Assembly: GCA_963667015.2 (NCBI GenBank)
Contig: CAXXJJ010000004.1
Coordinates: forward strand, 1,824,001-1,888,000
Direction of reading: 5' to 3'
Length of the DNA stretch: 64,000 bases
Origin: Desulfatiglandales bacterium
GTDB lineage: Bacteria; Desulfobacterota; DSM-4660; Desulfatiglandales; HGW-15
Positions 1 to 10,402 of this stretch are shown piece after piece; the first letter of the stretch is position 1; each line of letters starts with the position of its first letter. Position numbers and translations under genes: made by a program. The notes beneath the pieces are model-generated. The model worked only from the letters and a program-made list of their open reading frames with translations. It searched no databases and was not told the DNA's origin.

Positions 1-2
1 AC

Positions 3-1961
3 GCCCTTGAGGCCAGGCTGAAAGATCCTCAACTGAGTTCCGGCAATTTCGGCAACTCTACAAACACCATAGATTTTGAAAAGATCCTTAACAGGGGGCT
101 AAAATACTTTATCGAAGAGGCACAGAGCCATATCGATGATTTTATAGCCAACCAGCAGCAGGGCCCTGACAGGATCTACTTCTGGAAGGCTGCCATCATT
201 GTTGCACAGGCCTGCATTGATCTGTCAAACAGATATGCTTCCCTTGCACGGGAAATGGCAGAGACCGAACCGGATGCTAAGCGCAAAGCCGAACTGCTGG
301 ATATCGCAGAAACCTGCGAACATGTTCCTGAAAACCCTGCCCGTAATTTTCGTGAAGCGCTTCAGGCCATGTCCATAACCGGCATCTGCAAGGGTATTGA
401 GCATCCGATGCATAACTATCCCCAGTGGGGACGCGCTGATCTTTACCTTTACCCCTTTTTCATCAGGGATATTAAGAGTGGGGCTATTACCGTGGGTCAG
501 GCAGCAAACCTGCTGGCTGAGCTGATAGGACGCTGGGGTACCCAGATGTATGTTGATACCGGCTATCACCGGGAAACCCACCAGATAACTTTTGCCATAA
601 ACAGTATCAACCTGGGAGGTATCACGGTTGACGGAAAAGAAGGCTCCAATGAGCTGAGTTACCTTTTTCTCCATGCAGTTGGTCTTCTTAAGCAGTCCTC
701 ACCAACCGTCATGATCCGCTGGAATCACTTTACCCCTGACTGGCTTATGAAGAAGGCCATCCAAACCAATATCATCTGCGGCGGAGGAATACCTCTGTTT
801 GAAAACGAGGAAGGCATTATTGACCTGTATATAAAGGATGGAGTTCCCCTGAAAGAAGCACGCACCTGGATAGGTCGCGGGTGCGTATGGCCTGCACTTC
901 CCCAGAGATCCGAGTACAAGAGCGGCGCCGCCGGGTTTAATAACGCTGCCATTTTCCACATGGTTCTGAACAACGGAGTTGCCATTACCAGCAAAAAGCT
1001 GGGGCTCGAAACCGGAGATCCAAGGAACTTCAAAACCTTTGAGGAGCTGTGGGATGCCTTTGCGGCACAGCACCGTTTTGTAATGCACAGGACCCTGTGG
1101 CTTGCAAACCTTGTCCGGGATATACAGGCAAAATATCTGAGACTTCCCTTTCTGTCCACTGTTTCCCTTCAATGCTGCATGGACGGAGGTTATGATACCA
1201 TGGTCCCGACCCCTGTATCCGAGTTTGGCATTACTGACAGGGCTGTCATTGACACGGCTGATTCTCTGATTGCCATAAAAAAGCTGGTCTTTGATGATAA
1301 AAAGCTGACCATGGCAGAACTGCTTGATGCCCTGGAGAACAATTTTGAGGGAGAAAGAGGCGCCGAGATACAGAAAATGTGCCTGGAAGCTCCCAAATTC
1401 GGGAATGATATCGACGAGATCGATGAGCTGGCCAGAAGAGTCAGCATATTGTCCACCGATTCGGTTACCAGCTGGGACAACTCTCCCTATCCACATTTCA
1501 TATCTCTCAGGGAAGGCCTCTCCTGGCATTATTTTGCCGGTCTTGGAGTGGGGGCACTTCCCAGCGGCAGAAAGGCCCTGGAACCCCTGAATGACGGTTC
1601 CGCCTCTCCCATGCGCGGAATGGACAAAAAGGGACCTACAGCAGTGCTTCGCTCCGTTATAAAGGCCAACTTCGGTGATCATTCCTATGTCCAGGCATTG
1701 AACCAGAAGTTTCCCAGAAGCATGGTTAAAACAGAGGACAGTATTGATAAAATGGTGGCTTACACCAACGCCTTCCTGGGTGCAGGCGGTACTCATATAC
1801 AGTATAATCTGGTTGATACCGTGGAAATGAAAGAAGCCCAGGTAAAACCTGATGAACACAGGGACCTGATAGTCCGTGTCGGCGGATTCAGTGCCTATTT
1901 TGTACAGCTCAGCAGGCAGATTCAGGATGATGTCATTCTCAGGAGTGAGCATAATCTTTAA
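3..1961 (+). CDS. Glycyl radical enzyme (PFL2/GRE superfamily), 5'-truncated by the window edge
   Basis: Frame open from base 3; C-terminal RVGGFS glycyl motif, GRADLYLYPF, PKFGND, Cys loop GRGCVWP. Confidence 0.92.
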   Translation, partial: ALEARLKDPQLSSGNFGNSTNTIDFEKILNRGLKYFIEEAQSHIDDFIANQQQGPDRIYFWKAAIIVAQACIDLSNRYASLAREMAETEPDAKRKAELLDIAETCEHVPENPARNFREALQAMSITGICKGIEHPMHNYPQWGRADLYLYPFFIRDIKSGAITVGQAANLLAELIGRWGTQMYVDTGYHRETHQITFAINSINLGGITVDGKEGSNELSYLFLHAVGLLKQSSPTVMIRWNHFTPDWLMKKAIQTNIICGGGIPLFENEEGIIDLYIKDGVPLKEARTWIGRGCVWPALPQRSEYKSGAAGFNNAAIFHMVLNNGVAITSKKLGLETGDPRNFKTFEELWDAFAAQHRFVMHRTLWLANLVRDIQAKYLRLPFLSTVSLQCCMDGGYDTMVPTPVSEFGITDRAVIDTADSLIAIKKLVFDDKKLTMAELLDALENNFEGERGAEIQKMCLEAPKFGNDIDEIDELARRVSILSTDSVTSWDNSPYPHFISLREGLSWHYFAGLGVGALPSGRKALEPLNDGSASPMRGMDKKGPTAVLRSVIKANFGDHSYVQALNQKFPRSMVKTEDSIDKMVAYTNAFLGAGGTHIQYNLVDTVEMKEAQVKPDEHRDLIVRVGGFSAYFVQLSRQIQDDVILRSEHNL

Positions 1962-2025
1962 CCGCCCCATGAATCACTTCAGATGACGGGGGCTGTTCCA
2001 TCATAATAAGAGAAAGGATAACTCA

Positions 2026-2991
2026 ATGAAAAGTATAGTGATCTACCATTCATGGACGGGAAACACCAAGCAAATCGCCGAAGCAATACATTCAGGCATC
2101 AAAGAGATATTTAATGAATGCGAAATTGCTTCTCTGAAGGAAGTGGATGTCGAGAAACTCACAGACTATGATTTGATAGGTCTGGGTTCCTTTGTGCAGA
2201 CTTTTCAGGAACCGATGGCTGTAACGGAATTCATGAAAGCAATGCCTGATTTGAATGGGAAATATGGTTTTACCTTCTGCACACATGGTACACTTGCCGG
2301 CAGGTACATTGACAGGGCAGTAACAGGATTAAGAGAAAAGGGCCTGACAGTTACAGGCTGGAATGACTGGTATGGCGGTGGTTTTATACCGCTGATGCCT
2401 AAACCATATTACACTGACGGCCACCCCGATGAAGTCGACCTGAAAGAAGCAGTGGAATTCGGAAGGGAAATCGCAGAGCGCACTCGGAAAATAGCCAATG
2501 GTGAGGGTCAGCTTATACCCGAGTTACCGGACAGTGAAGAATATAATAAGCTTTACGGTGCACCCATGGAGCTTGGTGGTGGAGAAGAAATGGCAGATAT
2601 GGTGAAATTAAAACCCGTATATAATCCTGATAAATGCCTCTATCCCAAATGCACCAAATGCATGGATAACTGTCCTACTAAAAGCATTGACCTTTCAAAA
2701 TCGCCTCCAGTTAACTATGAAACCTGTGGTCCATGCCTTGTGTGGTTCTGCGAACAGCTGTGTCCAAGCGGGGCTATGGAGGTAAACTGGGGTATTGCAG
2801 ATAAAATCATGGAGACAATGACATCAATCTTTGAAAAGCTTGCCGAACCAATGGAAGAATACGGTGATCTTCGTGGCTTCAGAAACCTGTTAACAGAGAA
2901 GGAGGGCTCCGGCACACCTTTATATAAGAAAAAGAATCGTCCAAAACTCATTATTCGGGATGGAGTAATAAGAGAAAATAATAAAAATTAA
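2026..2991 (+). CDS. Flavodoxin-domain / 4Fe-4S ferredoxin fusion
   Basis: N-terminal YHSWTGNT FMN loop; CxxCxxxCP and CxxC..CxxxCP clusters; RBS AAAGGA. Confidence 0.85.
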   Translation: MKSIVIYHSWTGNTKQIAEAIHSGIKEIFNECEIASLKEVDVEKLTDYDLIGLGSFVQTFQEPMAVTEFMKAMPDLNGKYGFTFCTHGTLAGRYIDRAVTGLREKGLTVTGWNDWYGGGFIPLMPKPYYTDGHPDEVDLKEAVEFGREIAERTRKIANGEGQLIPELPDSEEYNKLYGAPMELGGGEEMADMVKLKPVYNPDKCLYPKCTKCMDNCPTKSIDLSKSPPVNYETCGPCLVWFCEQLCPSGAMEVNWGIADKIMETMTSIFEKLAEPMEEYGDLRGFRNLLTEKEGSGTPLYKKKNRPKLIIRDGVIRENNKN

Positions 2992-3051
2992 CAGTCATCA
3001 GGTGCCTGTAATATATTCTAAAATAGATAATCTCAAAGGGAGGTTGCCGAT

Positions 3052-4983
3052 ATGACCAACTGGCACGATTTTGTTGATAAAGAAGGTACAACACCGTCCT
3101 GGCCTTACCCTGTGGACTATGACAAAGAAAACGAAATAGAGACTGACGTCCTTATAATCGGCGGCGGGATAGCCGGATGCTGGGCAGCAATAAGCGCCGC
3201 CAGAAAGGGAGTCAGGGTGGCACTGGTGGAAAAGGGAGACACGGTAAGAAGCGGGGCCGGTGGACCAGGATGTGACCACTGGGGTCAGTGCCCTGCCAAT
3301 CCCCACTCCAAAGTCGACCCGGATGAATGGGCTAAGATAATAGCGGAACACCCGGGGACAATGGCAGAGATACCAAAGGAAATGCCTGAAATCTCCTATG
3401 GAAACGGTATCGCAAGCCAGATCCAGTGCCGGGAGAGTTATGATACTCTTCTTGAAATGGAGCAGATGGGAGGTCAGATCAGGGATATTAATGATGAATA
3501 CATAGGCGCGGAAGGCAGGTATGACGATACTAAATTCATGATTTCTCCCCGTACCAGCCCCGATCATGCCAATGAGATTGTTATACGTATCTGGGGAACA
3601 ACCTTCAAACCGGCCTTAAAAAAGGAGTGCGAGCGGCTTGGGGTAAAGATCTTTGACCGGGTCATGGTTACCAGCCTGTTGACAGAAGACGGCCAGCAGG
3701 GAGCCAGGGTTGTAGGCGCCACCGGCTTTAACAACAGAACCGGTGAATTCATGATTTTTAAATCAAAGGCATCTGTACTTGCCGCGGCCGGTGACTTTTA
3801 CATGTGGATGCTCAACACCGAGCATGCCGGGTGCAGGCAGTTCCGATCCCGCAATGCAACCGGTGACGGCCTGGCCATGGCCTGGAATGCAGGCGCAGAG
3901 CTTGTTTTGATGGAAAAAACCGTACCTCTCATGCTGGGTTCGGGTTACAAGCATAACTGGTATGGCGGTGCAGGAGACGCCAGCTATGAAAACCTTCAGC
4001 TCGTGGATGCAAACGGCAAGAAGCTACCCTGGCCCACCCAGGGATGGTCCGACGGGGGAGCAATGTTTCCTAAACCTGATGTTCTGGCCTCCATACGAAA
4101 GGGTATTTTTAATGGCGAATGGGCACTGCCCTTTTACGGAGATTTTCCCGGCATGCCTGATATCGAACGGCGTGCCACCTGGGATCTCATGCTCGGACAG
4201 GAATCAACCACAAAAGTAATTACCAGCGCCTATGAAAGGGCCGGATTTGATCCGTCCAGACATCTTCTGCAGAACTATGCCTTTATCGAGGGAGAAAATC
4301 ACTCCCAGTGGCGGACTGCAAGGGGAGGAGGCCCTGTGGTTGACTGGGACCTTAAAACAACCCTGGATGGACTGTATGCCGCGGGGGAGCAGCTTTTTTC
4401 CTTTGGTGATCACAGCTTTGCAGCCACCACCGGCAGGTATGCCGGTCGCAAAGCCGCAGACTATGCTGCACAGGCAGGTGAATCCAAAATATGCAGGGAG
4501 CAGGTAGACATGGAAAAAGAGCGCGTCTATGCCCCTGTAAAACGCACCAGCGGCATTGAATGGAAGGAGTTAAACGCAGGGATCGCAAGGACAATGCAGT
4601 ATTTCTGCAGTGAATACAAGACCGAGCTGCTTTTTAATATGGGGCTCGAAACCCTTAAGGAGATAGAGGAGGTATTTGTACCCACTCTTTATGCACATGA
4701 TCCCCACAAACTGATGCGAAGTATCGAAGATCTGAGTATGCTGGCCCATGCACAGATGGTGCTGCATGCCTCACTGGCCCGAAAAGCAAGCAGCAGGCTT
4801 CTTAATTTTTTCAGGATCGATTACCCGGAGATTGACCCGCCGGAATGGTCAAAATTTGTAACCATAAAACAGGAGAACGGAGAGGTAAAATCAGGCGAAC
4901 TCCCCTTAAGGTACTGGGGTGACATGAAGTCCGGTTATGAGGCCCGCAACAGGGATTACAGCGGAGTTTATGGATCAAAATAA
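3052..4983 (+). CDS. FAD-dependent oxidoreductase, AprA/SdhA-like flavoprotein
   Basis: DVLIIGGGIAG Rossmann motif, TGDG, LDGLYAAGE, C-terminal ASLARKAS..RIDYP. Confidence 0.88.
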   Translation: MTNWHDFVDKEGTTPSWPYPVDYDKENEIETDVLIIGGGIAGCWAAISAARKGVRVALVEKGDTVRSGAGGPGCDHWGQCPANPHSKVDPDEWAKIIAEHPGTMAEIPKEMPEISYGNGIASQIQCRESYDTLLEMEQMGGQIRDINDEYIGAEGRYDDTKFMISPRTSPDHANEIVIRIWGTTFKPALKKECERLGVKIFDRVMVTSLLTEDGQQGARVVGATGFNNRTGEFMIFKSKASVLAAAGDFYMWMLNTEHAGCRQFRSRNATGDGLAMAWNAGAELVLMEKTVPLMLGSGYKHNWYGGAGDASYENLQLVDANGKKLPWPTQGWSDGGAMFPKPDVLASIRKGIFNGEWALPFYGDFPGMPDIERRATWDLMLGQESTTKVITSAYERAGFDPSRHLLQNYAFIEGENHSQWRTARGGGPVVDWDLKTTLDGLYAAGEQLFSFGDHSFAATTGRYAGRKAADYAAQAGESKICREQVDMEKERVYAPVKRTSGIEWKELNAGIARTMQYFCSEYKTELLFNMGLETLKEIEEVFVPTLYAHDPHKLMRSIEDLSMLAHAQMVLHASLARKASSRLLNFFRIDYPEIDPPEWSKFVTIKQENGEVKSGELPLRYWGDMKSGYEARNRDYSGVYGSK

Positions 4984-4993
4984 GGAGATTATA

Positions 4994-5305
4994 ATGACAC
5001 AGAAAAAACTAAACGCCTTGCCCAATATTACCACTCCCAACAGGCAGGCTGTATTCAATCCTGATATATGTATCGGCTGCAATAAATGCGTCCAGGTCTG
5101 CCAGGTGGATGTATATATACCAAACCCTGAGAAAGGCAAGCCGCCAATCATCCTTCATCCTGACGAATGCTGGTACTGCGGATGCTGCGTCATCGACTGC
5201 CCCTGCCCCGGAGCCATCAATTTCAACTGGCCGCTGCAGCAGAGGGGTTCATGGAAAGACAAGGTTACAGGCAAGGTACACAGGGATAATGTTGTTTTTC
5301 CATAG
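4994..5305 (+). CDS. AprB-like 2x[4Fe-4S] ferredoxin
   Basis: CIGCNKCVQVC and ECWYCGCCVIDCP; RBS AAGGAG before ATG 4994. Confidence 0.88.
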   Translation: MTQKKLNALPNITTPNRQAVFNPDICIGCNKCVQVCQVDVYIPNPEKGKPPIILHPDECWYCGCCVIDCPCPGAINFNWPLQQRGSWKDKVTGKVHRDNVVFP

Positions 5306-5333
5306 AATACTTTACTAATCAGGAGTGCCGAAG

Positions 5334-6386
5334 ATGAAAAATAAAAAGATAAACATCGTACCAAAGCTGGTGATACTGATTACTCTTATCCTGCCGGTCT
5401 GCGGAAGCAACGCTTTTGCTGGTGACCTTCAGAACTCCGAGGATCTGAAAATTATTAAAGGACCGCAAAATGCGGAGGATATTCTGCCCCTTGGTGATAC
5501 AGGATGGCTGGTTACATCCGGTATGAACGGCCAGACTTCAGGATCGAATATCAGCGGCCATCTTTATCTTATCAATGGCAGAGAAAAGACATTTGAGGAG
5601 TTATTTCCCGGGAAAAATCCGATTTTTGATCACGATAAAAAGATGTTCGGCGAGTGTCCGAGGCCAATAAATCCTGATAATTTTTCATCCCATGGCTTGG
5701 CCCTTAAAAAACTGTCTCCGGGTCAATACCGGTTGTATATGACCAGCCACGGAGAGAGGGAGGCAATAGAGGTATTCAATATAGATACTAAAAGCGCCAA
5801 ACCCGCAGTAAGCTGGACGGGCTGTGTACCCCTGTCCGAAGATATCATGGCAAACAGTGTAGCGATTCTTTCGGATGGAGGATTTGTGACAACAAAATTT
5901 CACGATCCGACAATACCTAATTCCATGATGGGAATCATGCAGGGAAAACATACCGGCGGTGTTCATGAATGGCATCCGGGAGAAAAGGTTAAGGCCATAC
6001 CGGGGACAGAGCTTTCAGGTGCAAATGGTATAGCAGTATCTCCTGATGATAAATATGTTTATGTGGCGGCATTCGGATCACGGGAGATAGTCCGGTTTGA
6101 CCGCACAAAAAGCCCTGTAAAATTGAAAAAAGTCAAAATCGATATAATGCCTGATAACATCCATTGGGGTAATGACGGCCTGCTTTATACTGCCGGTAAC
6201 AACAGTGCCCGCGGAACCGGATGGTCCGTATTCAGCATACATCCTGAAACACTGGAAACAAAAAGAGTAACAGGTGTAGGCCAGACGGCAGCCATGCAGA
6301 ATGCCAGTTCTGCCGTTCCGGTTGATGATGAAATATGGGTAGGTACTTTTTCGGGTGACAGGATTGGCTACTTACCAGGGCGTTAA
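5334..6386 (+). CDS. Secreted SMP-30/gluconolactonase/arylesterase-like beta-propeller
   Basis: Signal peptide; EDI, HGL, ANSV, ANGI, PDNI metal-ligand motifs; AGGAG before ATG 5334. Confidence 0.8.
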   Translation: MKNKKINIVPKLVILITLILPVCGSNAFAGDLQNSEDLKIIKGPQNAEDILPLGDTGWLVTSGMNGQTSGSNISGHLYLINGREKTFEELFPGKNPIFDHDKKMFGECPRPINPDNFSSHGLALKKLSPGQYRLYMTSHGEREAIEVFNIDTKSAKPAVSWTGCVPLSEDIMANSVAILSDGGFVTTKFHDPTIPNSMMGIMQGKHTGGVHEWHPGEKVKAIPGTELSGANGIAVSPDDKYVYVAAFGSREIVRFDRTKSPVKLKKVKIDIMPDNIHWGNDGLLYTAGNNSARGTGWSVFSIHPETLETKRVTGVGQTAAMQNASSAVPVDDEIWVGTFSGDRIGYLPGR

Positions 6387-6526
6387 AGGTGAATTGTTTT
6401 ATAAATTATCCGGTTTTGACTTTTAACAAATATATCATGTTTCTGCCGGGACTGCCCCCTTTAACATTATGAGGAATGGATCTAATAGGGTGATATAAAT
6501 TTAACGTTTATTTTAAAGGAGATTGT

Positions 6527-8566
6527 ATGATGAAGAAAACCATATTTAACATCATTTTATTAATGTTCCTTTTATCATTTTCGTTATTATCTTTTTGCAT
6601 GACATTATCCCCTGTTGAAAGATCCATGGATCGAAAATTAGCAGTCTACTCAGTAAGATTTGTTGTTGAACCTTCAACACTGATCTGCCTGGGTTTTGAG
6701 TGGTATATAGAAGGTGATGAAAATCATAATGCCACTGTTGAAGTCAATTACCGGAAAAAAGGAGAGAAATCCTGGAAAAATGCGCTGCCCTTGCTGCGTG
6801 TCCAGAACGAGGAATGTATCAACAGTTTTTTTGGAAACACTATCGATTATATAACGCCCAATTTGTTTGCCGGCAGCATAATGGACCTTAAACCCGATAC
6901 AGCATATGAATGCAGATTTGTTATGTCTGATCCTGACGGGGTTCATGGGGAGGTAGAAAAAACGGTCACCGTACGAACTCGCCCCGAACCTAAACCTTCG
7001 AGCGGCGGAAAAGTCTATCATGTATACCCTTATACCTATAAGGGGCCTAAAGAAGAACCCCATTTTGATAACCTTATGGGGGCCTATTATTTAGGTTACG
7101 GCTGCACTGCCGACTGGTGGAATCTTCATCCGCCCCGCGTGCAACCCGGTGATACTATCTTGGTACACGCCGGTCTCTATAAAGCAAACTGGACTGTCTA
7201 TGGTGCTACTTATTTTAAAGAGGGGCAAGGAACGAAATTTTCAGGAACCTATTTTTTAACTCAGAGCGGGACTCCCGATAAACCCATTATTATAAAAAAC
7301 GCAGGGGATGGAGAGGTTATCTTCGATGGTAATGGTAACTTTAACCTTTTCAATGTCATGGCTGCCAATTATAATTATTTTGAAGGATTAACCATCCGAA
7401 ATACGGATGTAGGATTTTGGGCTGGCCAGAAAAGAATTACCGGTTCCAGTGGACTGACAGTTAAAAACTGTCGGTTTGAAAATATAGATAAAGGAATTCA
7501 CACTGAATGGTCAGGCTCGAAGAATTTCTATATTGCGGATAATGTCTTTATCGGTCGGCATGATCCCAATGGAGTTCATGGCTGGTTAAAACCCCCTCGT
7601 AAATCATCCTATCCATTTGAAAGATGTTTGTCTGAGTATGCCGTCAAGGTTGCAGGAGCCGGACATGTTATCTGTCATAACTACGTGTCTAATTTCCACA
7701 ATGGTATATGCCATGCCACATATGGCGTGCCGGAAGGATATCCGGCTTATGGCCATCCGGATGTTTATCCGGTGGAAGAAGTGTTAAAACAGGATAGAAT
7801 GTTCGTTTCCATTGACATCTATAATAATATAATTAGAAATGTTCATGACAATGCTATTGAAGCGGACGGCATAATGTATAACGGCAGGATTTTACGTAAC
7901 ATTTGTATCGATGGAGCGTCATCTGCCCTGAGTTCACAGACCCTTTACGGGGGTCCGGCTTATTTTATACGCAATATTATCTATCATAGCAGCTCATCCG
8001 GCTTTATCAAACATCAATCAAATCCATCGGGTTCTCATTATTATCATAACACCTCTATTTCAAAGGTTAGGGCTGATCTGGGTTCAAACTACCATTTCCG
8101 GAACAACCTGATTTTGGACTGGCTGCCGGAAGAACCGATTTTTTCAGTCGATACATTCACAAATTATACATCTTCCGATTATAATGGTTTTTGTCCCAAC
8201 CCGAGAGCACCCTATTCATATGCATGGAACTCACCATCATTTGAAATAATGAAAGACTATGATAATCCACAAAAGAACCGCAAATTTACCGATCTGACTC
8301 AATTTCAAAAGGCTACAAAGCAGGATACACATAGTATGTTGATCGATTTTAGTATTTTTCAAAATGTAAAAGCCCCGGACTATAAATCTCCAACTCAAGT
8401 ATATTATGAGGTAAAGCCTTCAGATTTTCAGCTTGTTGAAGGGGCATCTGCAATTGATGCGGGATGTGTTATTCCAAATGTAAATGATAATTTTACCGGT
8501 AAAGCCCCGGATTTGGGTGCACTGGAAGCCGGTATGCCCATGCCAATATACGGACCGCGAAAATAA
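6527..8566 (+). CDS. Secreted right-handed beta-helix protein with N-terminal FN3-like domain
   Basis: Signal peptide; PGDTILVHAGLY, SGTPDKPIII, Asn-rich coils, AIDAG..PDLGALE tail. Confidence 0.75.
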   Translation: MMKKTIFNIILLMFLLSFSLLSFCMTLSPVERSMDRKLAVYSVRFVVEPSTLICLGFEWYIEGDENHNATVEVNYRKKGEKSWKNALPLLRVQNEECINSFFGNTIDYITPNLFAGSIMDLKPDTAYECRFVMSDPDGVHGEVEKTVTVRTRPEPKPSSGGKVYHVYPYTYKGPKEEPHFDNLMGAYYLGYGCTADWWNLHPPRVQPGDTILVHAGLYKANWTVYGATYFKEGQGTKFSGTYFLTQSGTPDKPIIIKNAGDGEVIFDGNGNFNLFNVMAANYNYFEGLTIRNTDVGFWAGQKRITGSSGLTVKNCRFENIDKGIHTEWSGSKNFYIADNVFIGRHDPNGVHGWLKPPRKSSYPFERCLSEYAVKVAGAGHVICHNYVSNFHNGICHATYGVPEGYPAYGHPDVYPVEEVLKQDRMFVSIDIYNNIIRNVHDNAIEADGIMYNGRILRNICIDGASSALSSQTLYGGPAYFIRNIIYHSSSSGFIKHQSNPSGSHYYHNTSISKVRADLGSNYHFRNNLILDWLPEEPIFSVDTFTNYTSSDYNGFCPNPRAPYSYAWNSPSFEIMKDYDNPQKNRKFTDLTQFQKATKQDTHSMLIDFSIFQNVKAPDYKSPTQVYYEVKPSDFQLVEGASAIDAGCVIPNVNDNFTGKAPDLGALEAGMPMPIYGPRK

Positions 8567-8596
8567 TAGTAATATATTTAAAAAGGAGGGTTTTAA

Positions 8597-9511
8597 ATGA
8601 AACACAAGTACGGAACAGGTAACAAGATAATCTTATCGGTATTGTGCCTTGCAATCAGTCTTTTTCTGGCACAGTTTTCACTGGCGCAGGATAGTGCTCC
8701 GAAACCAAAGCCCAAAATGGGTTTCAGTTTTCAGATGGATCCAAGAGCAAAGGAAATGTCCTATCACTTTAAAGAGGCGGGTAAAGACCTCAAATACGGA
8801 CTATTTGTATCATCCAAGGTGGAAAAAAATAAGAAAGCACCTCTTATTGTTACCCTGCATGGTCTGGGGGCTGGTTTTCAGATCATGCTTTCAAAACAGG
8901 CTGTAGATCTTGCTGAAAAAGGAGGGTACATCCTCGTGGCACCAATGGGCTATAATGAACGCGGGTGGTATGGTATGCCATTTGGCATTCCCGCCGGCAA
9001 AACTCCTCCAAAAAAGGCGCCCGCTGGTAACAATACGTCCCCAAAACCAAAACCAAAGAGCTCCATGTTTAACAATCCCGATGATCCGCCGAACCTGCAT
9101 GAATTGAGCGAAAAAGATGTAATGAACGTACTGGATATCGTGCGCAAAGAGTATAACGTGGATGAGAACAGAATATACCTGATGGGGCATTCCATGGGCG
9201 GAGCCGGAACGCTATATCTTGGAACCAAGTACCCGTCAATATGGGCTGCTATAGCTCCTGTCGCACCGGCCGCTTTCGGCATAGAGCCCGAAAGCCTGGA
9301 GAAAATCAAAAACATGCCTGTGTTATTTGTTCATGGCGGCGCCGATGAGGTGGTCCCTGTTGATATTTCCCGCCGCTGGGCTCAAAAGGCGAAAGAACTG
9401 GGTATGACCTATGAATTCAACGAGATGGAAGGTCTGGGTCATGGCCCCATAATCATGGCCTCTCTTCCGAGTGCCTATGAGTTTTTCAGTAAACACTCAA
9501 AATCTAAATAG
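8597..9511 (+). CDS. Secreted alpha/beta hydrolase (esterase/peptidase)
   Basis: Signal peptide; LHGLG, GHSMG nucleophile elbow, HGGADEVV, GLGH. Confidence 0.85.
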   Translation: MKHKYGTGNKIILSVLCLAISLFLAQFSLAQDSAPKPKPKMGFSFQMDPRAKEMSYHFKEAGKDLKYGLFVSSKVEKNKKAPLIVTLHGLGAGFQIMLSKQAVDLAEKGGYILVAPMGYNERGWYGMPFGIPAGKTPPKKAPAGNNTSPKPKPKSSMFNNPDDPPNLHELSEKDVMNVLDIVRKEYNVDENRIYLMGHSMGGAGTLYLGTKYPSIWAAIAPVAPAAFGIEPESLEKIKNMPVLFVHGGADEVVPVDISRRWAQKAKELGMTYEFNEMEGLGHGPIIMASLPSAYEFFSKHSKSK

Positions 9512-9555
9512 AGACTTCACTCCAGCGCTCATAAGCCTGGTAAAGAGGAAAAATA

Positions 9556-10347
9556 ATGATGCACACAGAAAACTTCTTTAAGGGATTAGATAATTATAAA
9601 ATCTATTACCAAAAATGGTCACCTGAAGGGAAGCCGAAAGCAGTTTTATTAATAGCCCATGGCTATGCCGAACACAGCGGACGATACATGAATGTGGTAA
9701 ACCACTTCATACCGATAGGGTATCAGATTTATGCCCTGGATCATCGTGGTCATGGTAAATCAGACGGTAAGCTAGATGAGATCAGTGATTATTCAATATT
9801 TGTTGCTGATCTCAGGAAATTATATAATATCATCCGCGAGGAATATCCTGATGAGAAAATTTTCCTTATAGGTCACAGCATGGGGTCACTCATCAGCCTT
9901 TTATACGTACTTGAATACCAGCGGGAACTGGCGGGTCTGGCGATCTCCGGCGGAGGCCTTCCAAAACCGGATGAGCCGCCATTACCCAGGAGACCGGCAG
10001 ATCAACCTTTGGATTCTTCATTTCTTAGTCGTGATCCGGAAGTCATTAAGGCCTATGAAGACGATCCATTGGTTTATCGCGGTCCCATACCACAAGCAAT
10101 TGAATCCGGAATGCACAAAGGACTGAAATGGCTCGCCATGGAAGTAAGTAAAATTTATCAGCCCATTATCATAATGGCCGGCGATGGCTGTACAGATGGA
10201 GCCAGAAGTGAGAACCTTTATGACAGCATTGGTTCAAACGACAGGACGCTCAAACGCTATCCGGATCTGATGCACGAGATATTCAATGAACCGGAACACC
10301 CGATGGTAATGGCTGATCTGGAATTATGGTTTGAAGCACACATGTAA
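9556..10347 (+). CDS. Lysophospholipase/monoacylglycerol lipase-like hydrolase
   Basis: HGYAEH, DHRGHG, GHSMG, HEIFNEP. Confidence 0.88.
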   Translation: MMHTENFFKGLDNYKIYYQKWSPEGKPKAVLLIAHGYAEHSGRYMNVVNHFIPIGYQIYALDHRGHGKSDGKLDEISDYSIFVADLRKLYNIIREEYPDEKIFLIGHSMGSLISLLYVLEYQRELAGLAISGGGLPKPDEPPLPRRPADQPLDSSFLSRDPEVIKAYEDDPLVYRGPIPQAIESGMHKGLKWLAMEVSKIYQPIIIMAGDGCTDGARSENLYDSIGSNDRTLKRYPDLMHEIFNEPEHPMVMADLELWFEAHM

Positions 10348-10402
10348 TACGGTAATAAGTTTAGGATAAAACCAATTAACCTGTTTGAATAAGGAGTAGC
10401 CT

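Noticed and set aside
699..1970. 423-aa antisense ORF and the many other shadow ORFs
   Set aside because: They overlap well-supported genes on the other strand or frame and show no motifs
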